This document shows, in pieces, positions 60,959-64,000 of a DNA stretch of 64,000 nucleotides. The DNA comes from Podarcis muralis (Eukaryota). Every line of letters begins with the position of its first letter. Within the stretch, counting starts at the first letter, position 1. Both the position numbers and the translations under genes were made by a program. The DNA is taken from positions 12,462,001 through 12,526,000 of the forward strand of contig NC_135667.1 in assembly GCF_964188315.1 (NCBI RefSeq). Direction: 5' to 3'. Below the pieces are notes generated by a model that made no database searches, was not told where the DNA came from, and saw only the letters and a list, made by a program, of their open reading frames with translations.

Positions 60959-61924
60959 TCAAGACCACTCAGGTCTTGTGTTTATCAGCTCTATCCTGAA
61001 GACTTTAGCCACTGCGGCATGGACATCCTTATTTCGCAACGTGTAGATGATTGGGTTGAGGAGAGGGGTGATGACAACATAAAAGATGGAAACGTGTTTG
61101 TCATGGCTGGGGTCTGTCCCTGACCGAGGCCTCATGTACAGGCCAATGAGGCAGCCATAAAACATGGTGACCACCATCAGGTGGGAAGCACACGTGGAGA
61201 AAGCCTTGCTCCGGCTCTCCCCTGAGCTCATGCACACGACAGTCGCCATGATGAGTCCGTAAGAGATCAAGATGGTGGCCAGAGGGACAATTAGTATGAA
61301 AACCCCCACCCCCAAGATGATGGCCTCTGTGAAGCTCGTGTTGGTGCATCCCAGCCTTATCACCATGACAAACTCGCAGTTGAAATGGTTGATCTCATTG
61401 GGGCCGCAGAAAGGGAGCTGCATGATAAAAGCTGTGATGAGCCCAGAGAGAAGGAAGGCTCCTACCCACGAGATGGCAGCCAGCATCAAACAGCGTGCCC
61501 GGCTCATGGCTACAGCATACACCAGGGGGCAGCAGATCGCCATGTAACGGTCGTAGGCCATGGCCCCCAGCAAGAGGCCTTCGGTGCAACCCAGAGAGCA
61601 GGCCATGTACATCTGGAAGGCGCAGCGCCCAAACGAAAGCCTCCCATCCCCGGCGAGCAGGTGAGCCAACATCTGGGGCACAACGGTGCTGGTGAAGCAC
61701 ATCTCCAAGAGTGAGAGGTTGGTGAGGAAGAAGTACATCGGGGTATGGAGGCGGAAGTCCATTTGGACCAGCAGGATGATGAGGAGGTTGCTCGCCATGG
61801 AGATCAGATAGGCAACGAGGATAATCACAAAGAGGGCAAGCTGTGTTCTCCGGTGGCTGGTGAGTCCCACCAGGTAGACCTGGGTGATCATGGTGTAGTT
61901 CCCAGGCACTGTTCTGTCTTGCAT
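60959..61924 (-). CDS. OR-7 class II olfactory receptor (321 aa), more divergent paralog
   Basis: ctctttag|[59 protein letters not shown]. Confidence 0.96.
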   Translation of the reverse strand: MQDRTVPGNYTMITQVYLVGLTSHRRTQLALFVIILVAYLISMASNLLIILLVQMDFRLHTPMYFFLTNLSLLEMCFTSTVVPQMLAHLLAGDGRLSFGRCAFQMYMACSLGCTEGLLLGAMAYDRYMAICCPLVYAVAMSRARCLMLAAISWVGAFLLSGLITAFIMQLPFCGPNEINHFNCEFVMVIRLGCTNTSFTEAIILGVGVFILIVPLATILISYGLIMATVVCMSSGESRSKAFSTCASHLMVVTMFYGCLIGLYMRPRSGTDPSHDKHVSIFYVVITPLLNPIIYTLRNKDVHAAVAKVFRIELINTRPEWS

Positions 61925-62806
61925 CCTAAAGAGAAAAGAGGAACGGGGAGGGTTAACAAACAAGTTCCCAGATGCCATAACTGGACAGGATTGGCTGGTA
62001 TATTTGTCTTGTATTTGGTTGATTTTGCCCCTCCACGTTCCACCAGCTTTGAGGGCAGCCTTCCTCCATGGCAGGGCCCCAAGTGTGCTGTTAAAGGACA
62101 AGAAAAATGACACCCACAAAGTAGGATGCTCTAAAGCAACAAAATCTACTTTACAAAATAAAAATAGATTTTTTGTGATTAGGAAAGTGAAGAAGAAATG
62201 CGCTGAAAATTATACATGGCATGAATGAAGTGGGTATAGAAAAGTTTTTCTCCATCTTTCATAACTCTAGATCCAAGGAAGCTACATGTTGGAAGATCCA
62301 GGACAGATAAAAGTACTTCTTCATGCAATGCATAGGGCTCATCTACACTTCTGCTTGTCCTTAGTGGTTTTTCATTTGTCCCATGCTTTGGGGGCCCTGG
62401 GTCCGAGCGGTTTTCCATTTGCCCTGCTGCGCCCCCATGGGAAACCCACTATTTAGCACTAAATTGGAGCAAACATCAGTCTGGAGCAAAACCCACTTGA
62501 CAGTGGTAAACAGTAGGCTTTCCCAGGGTTAAGTGTAGACAAGCCCTTAGTTAAACAGGAGGCATGACAGCTTGCAGTGAAATTTGAAATTCCACAGAAA
62601 CCACTCAGCATCGGAAGTTAGGGCTTTTATGATGTGTGTAAAATTTGAAAAGCAACCTTTTTGCCCCCAAATCCATGACCATTCGTGGTTCCAATAGGGC
62701 AGATCATTTAATCAAGCTGAGATAAAAATATGGGCTTTTATAGTTAACAGAAGTTACAGGGACATGGGAAGCTGTGTTACACCGAATCAGAGTTTGGGTC
62801 CACCTA

Positions 62807-63157
62807 GGTGGCGCTGTGGGTAAAAGCCTCAGCACCTAGGGCTTGCCGATCGAAAGGTCGGCGGTTCGAATCCCCGCGGCGGGGTGCGCTCCCGTCGTTC
62901 GGTCCCAACACCTGCCAACCTAGCAGTTCGAAAGCACCCCCGGGTGCAAGTAGATAAATAGGGACCGCTTACTAGCGGGAAGGTAAACGGTGTTCCGTGT
63001 GCGGCTCTGGCTCGCCAGAGCAGCGATGTCACGCTGGCCACGTGACCTGGAAGTGTCTCCAGACAGCACTGGCCCCCGGCCTCTTGAGTGAGATGGGCGC
63101 ACAACCCTAGAGTCTGTCAAGACTGGCCCGTACGGGCAGGGGTACCTTTACCTTTAC
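62807..63157 (+). mobile_element. Sauria SINE (slightly 5'-clipped)
   Basis: GGTGGCGCTGTGGGTAAAAGCC...GGGGTACCTTTACCTTTAC. Confidence 0.9.
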
Positions 63158-64000
63158 TAACTCAGTGCTGCCTGCAGTGACTGACAGCAGCTCTCCTGCC
63201 CAAAAGAGGTGGGATTGAGCCGGGGACCTTCTGCATGCAAAGCACATGGAGTCATGGTCCTTCTCCATAAGGGAAGGTTCTTCATCCATGATGTGAATCT
63301 AGCATTTCCAGGTTTTGCAGCTTCTATGGCAGACAAACAAATCAGTTAAACTCAACTGAAATCAGTTAAAGTCAACTTCCTTACCATGTTAATTCAGAGC
63401 AGCAGGAGAAAGCCAGAGGCATTCGTTGCTTGTTGGCTTTAAATTGCAGAACTGCTCCAGAACAAGGAAGCCATGAATGTTTAGTTGACGTCATGGGAGC
63501 TAGCCCAGCAGTGCCCTTCATAGGATATGCTGCAAATTTGTAGGGCTGTAGGGTATTTTCCCCGTCCCTGCCGCCCCCACCCCCTGATGCTCATTTCTAG
63601 AGTTCGGTTCTACTGGGGAGGAAAAGGTATTGTTGTAAGACTGCGCATCTGGACAGCAGAAGCATAACACAGCCAGATGGAACTTCGTTAATTGTATGTT
63701 GCCAAGTTGCCAAGTACATCTGTTGCTAAGGAAGCTGCTGGTGATTGATCTCAATAGCAAGGACTTCCCCAAATCTCCTGAATGGGACATAAAGGCATAT
63801 GTTCCTCTTTCAAGTATGACATAGTCGAAAGGGTGGCATAATCTAGGTCTCTCTCTCTCTCTTTAAAGAAACAGCTGTTTGAATGGGGAAGTGAGACTGA
63901 GGGCATTCCCAGGCCATTGCCGTTTCTGGCAAATTCAGGTTGCTCACATAAAGATGATTTATCACCAGTGCAACAAAGCTGCTTCACTGCAAAACGGACT

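Noticed and set aside
1-64000. CRISPR arrays, rRNA genes, prokaryotic operons or defence systems
   Set aside because: The sequence is intron-containing vertebrate DNA. All repeats seen are microsatellites or interspersed elements.

Overview
Vertebrate (squamate) genomic DNA. The Sauria/Squam-type SINEs, BovB, CR1, L2 and L1 content points to a lacertid lizard such as Podarcis; the taxon is an inference. The window is the junction of two chemoreceptor arrays. Left, on the + strand: the 3' half (exons 4-6) of one vomeronasal type-2 receptor gene (V2R-A), then a complete six-exon V2R (V2R-B) with a +1 frameshift in exon 3. A BovB LINE with an uninterrupted ORF lies at 1-2358. Right, on the - strand: seven class II olfactory receptor genes (here OR-1 to OR-7) and one 5'-truncated OR remnant, with signs of tandem duplication and gene conversion. 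Main finding: four OR genes each have an upstream ATG-containing mini-exon ending in a shared donor motif (GTAAGAT-ATATTCT-CAA). Each mini-exon splices in phase 2 into a conserved acceptor 13 nt before the classical OR start and stays in frame. This predicts two-exon, N-terminally extended receptors and would rescue OR-3, whose classical ATG is ATA. Splicing is predicted from sequence only. Repeat-family names come from recalled consensus features, not database searches.
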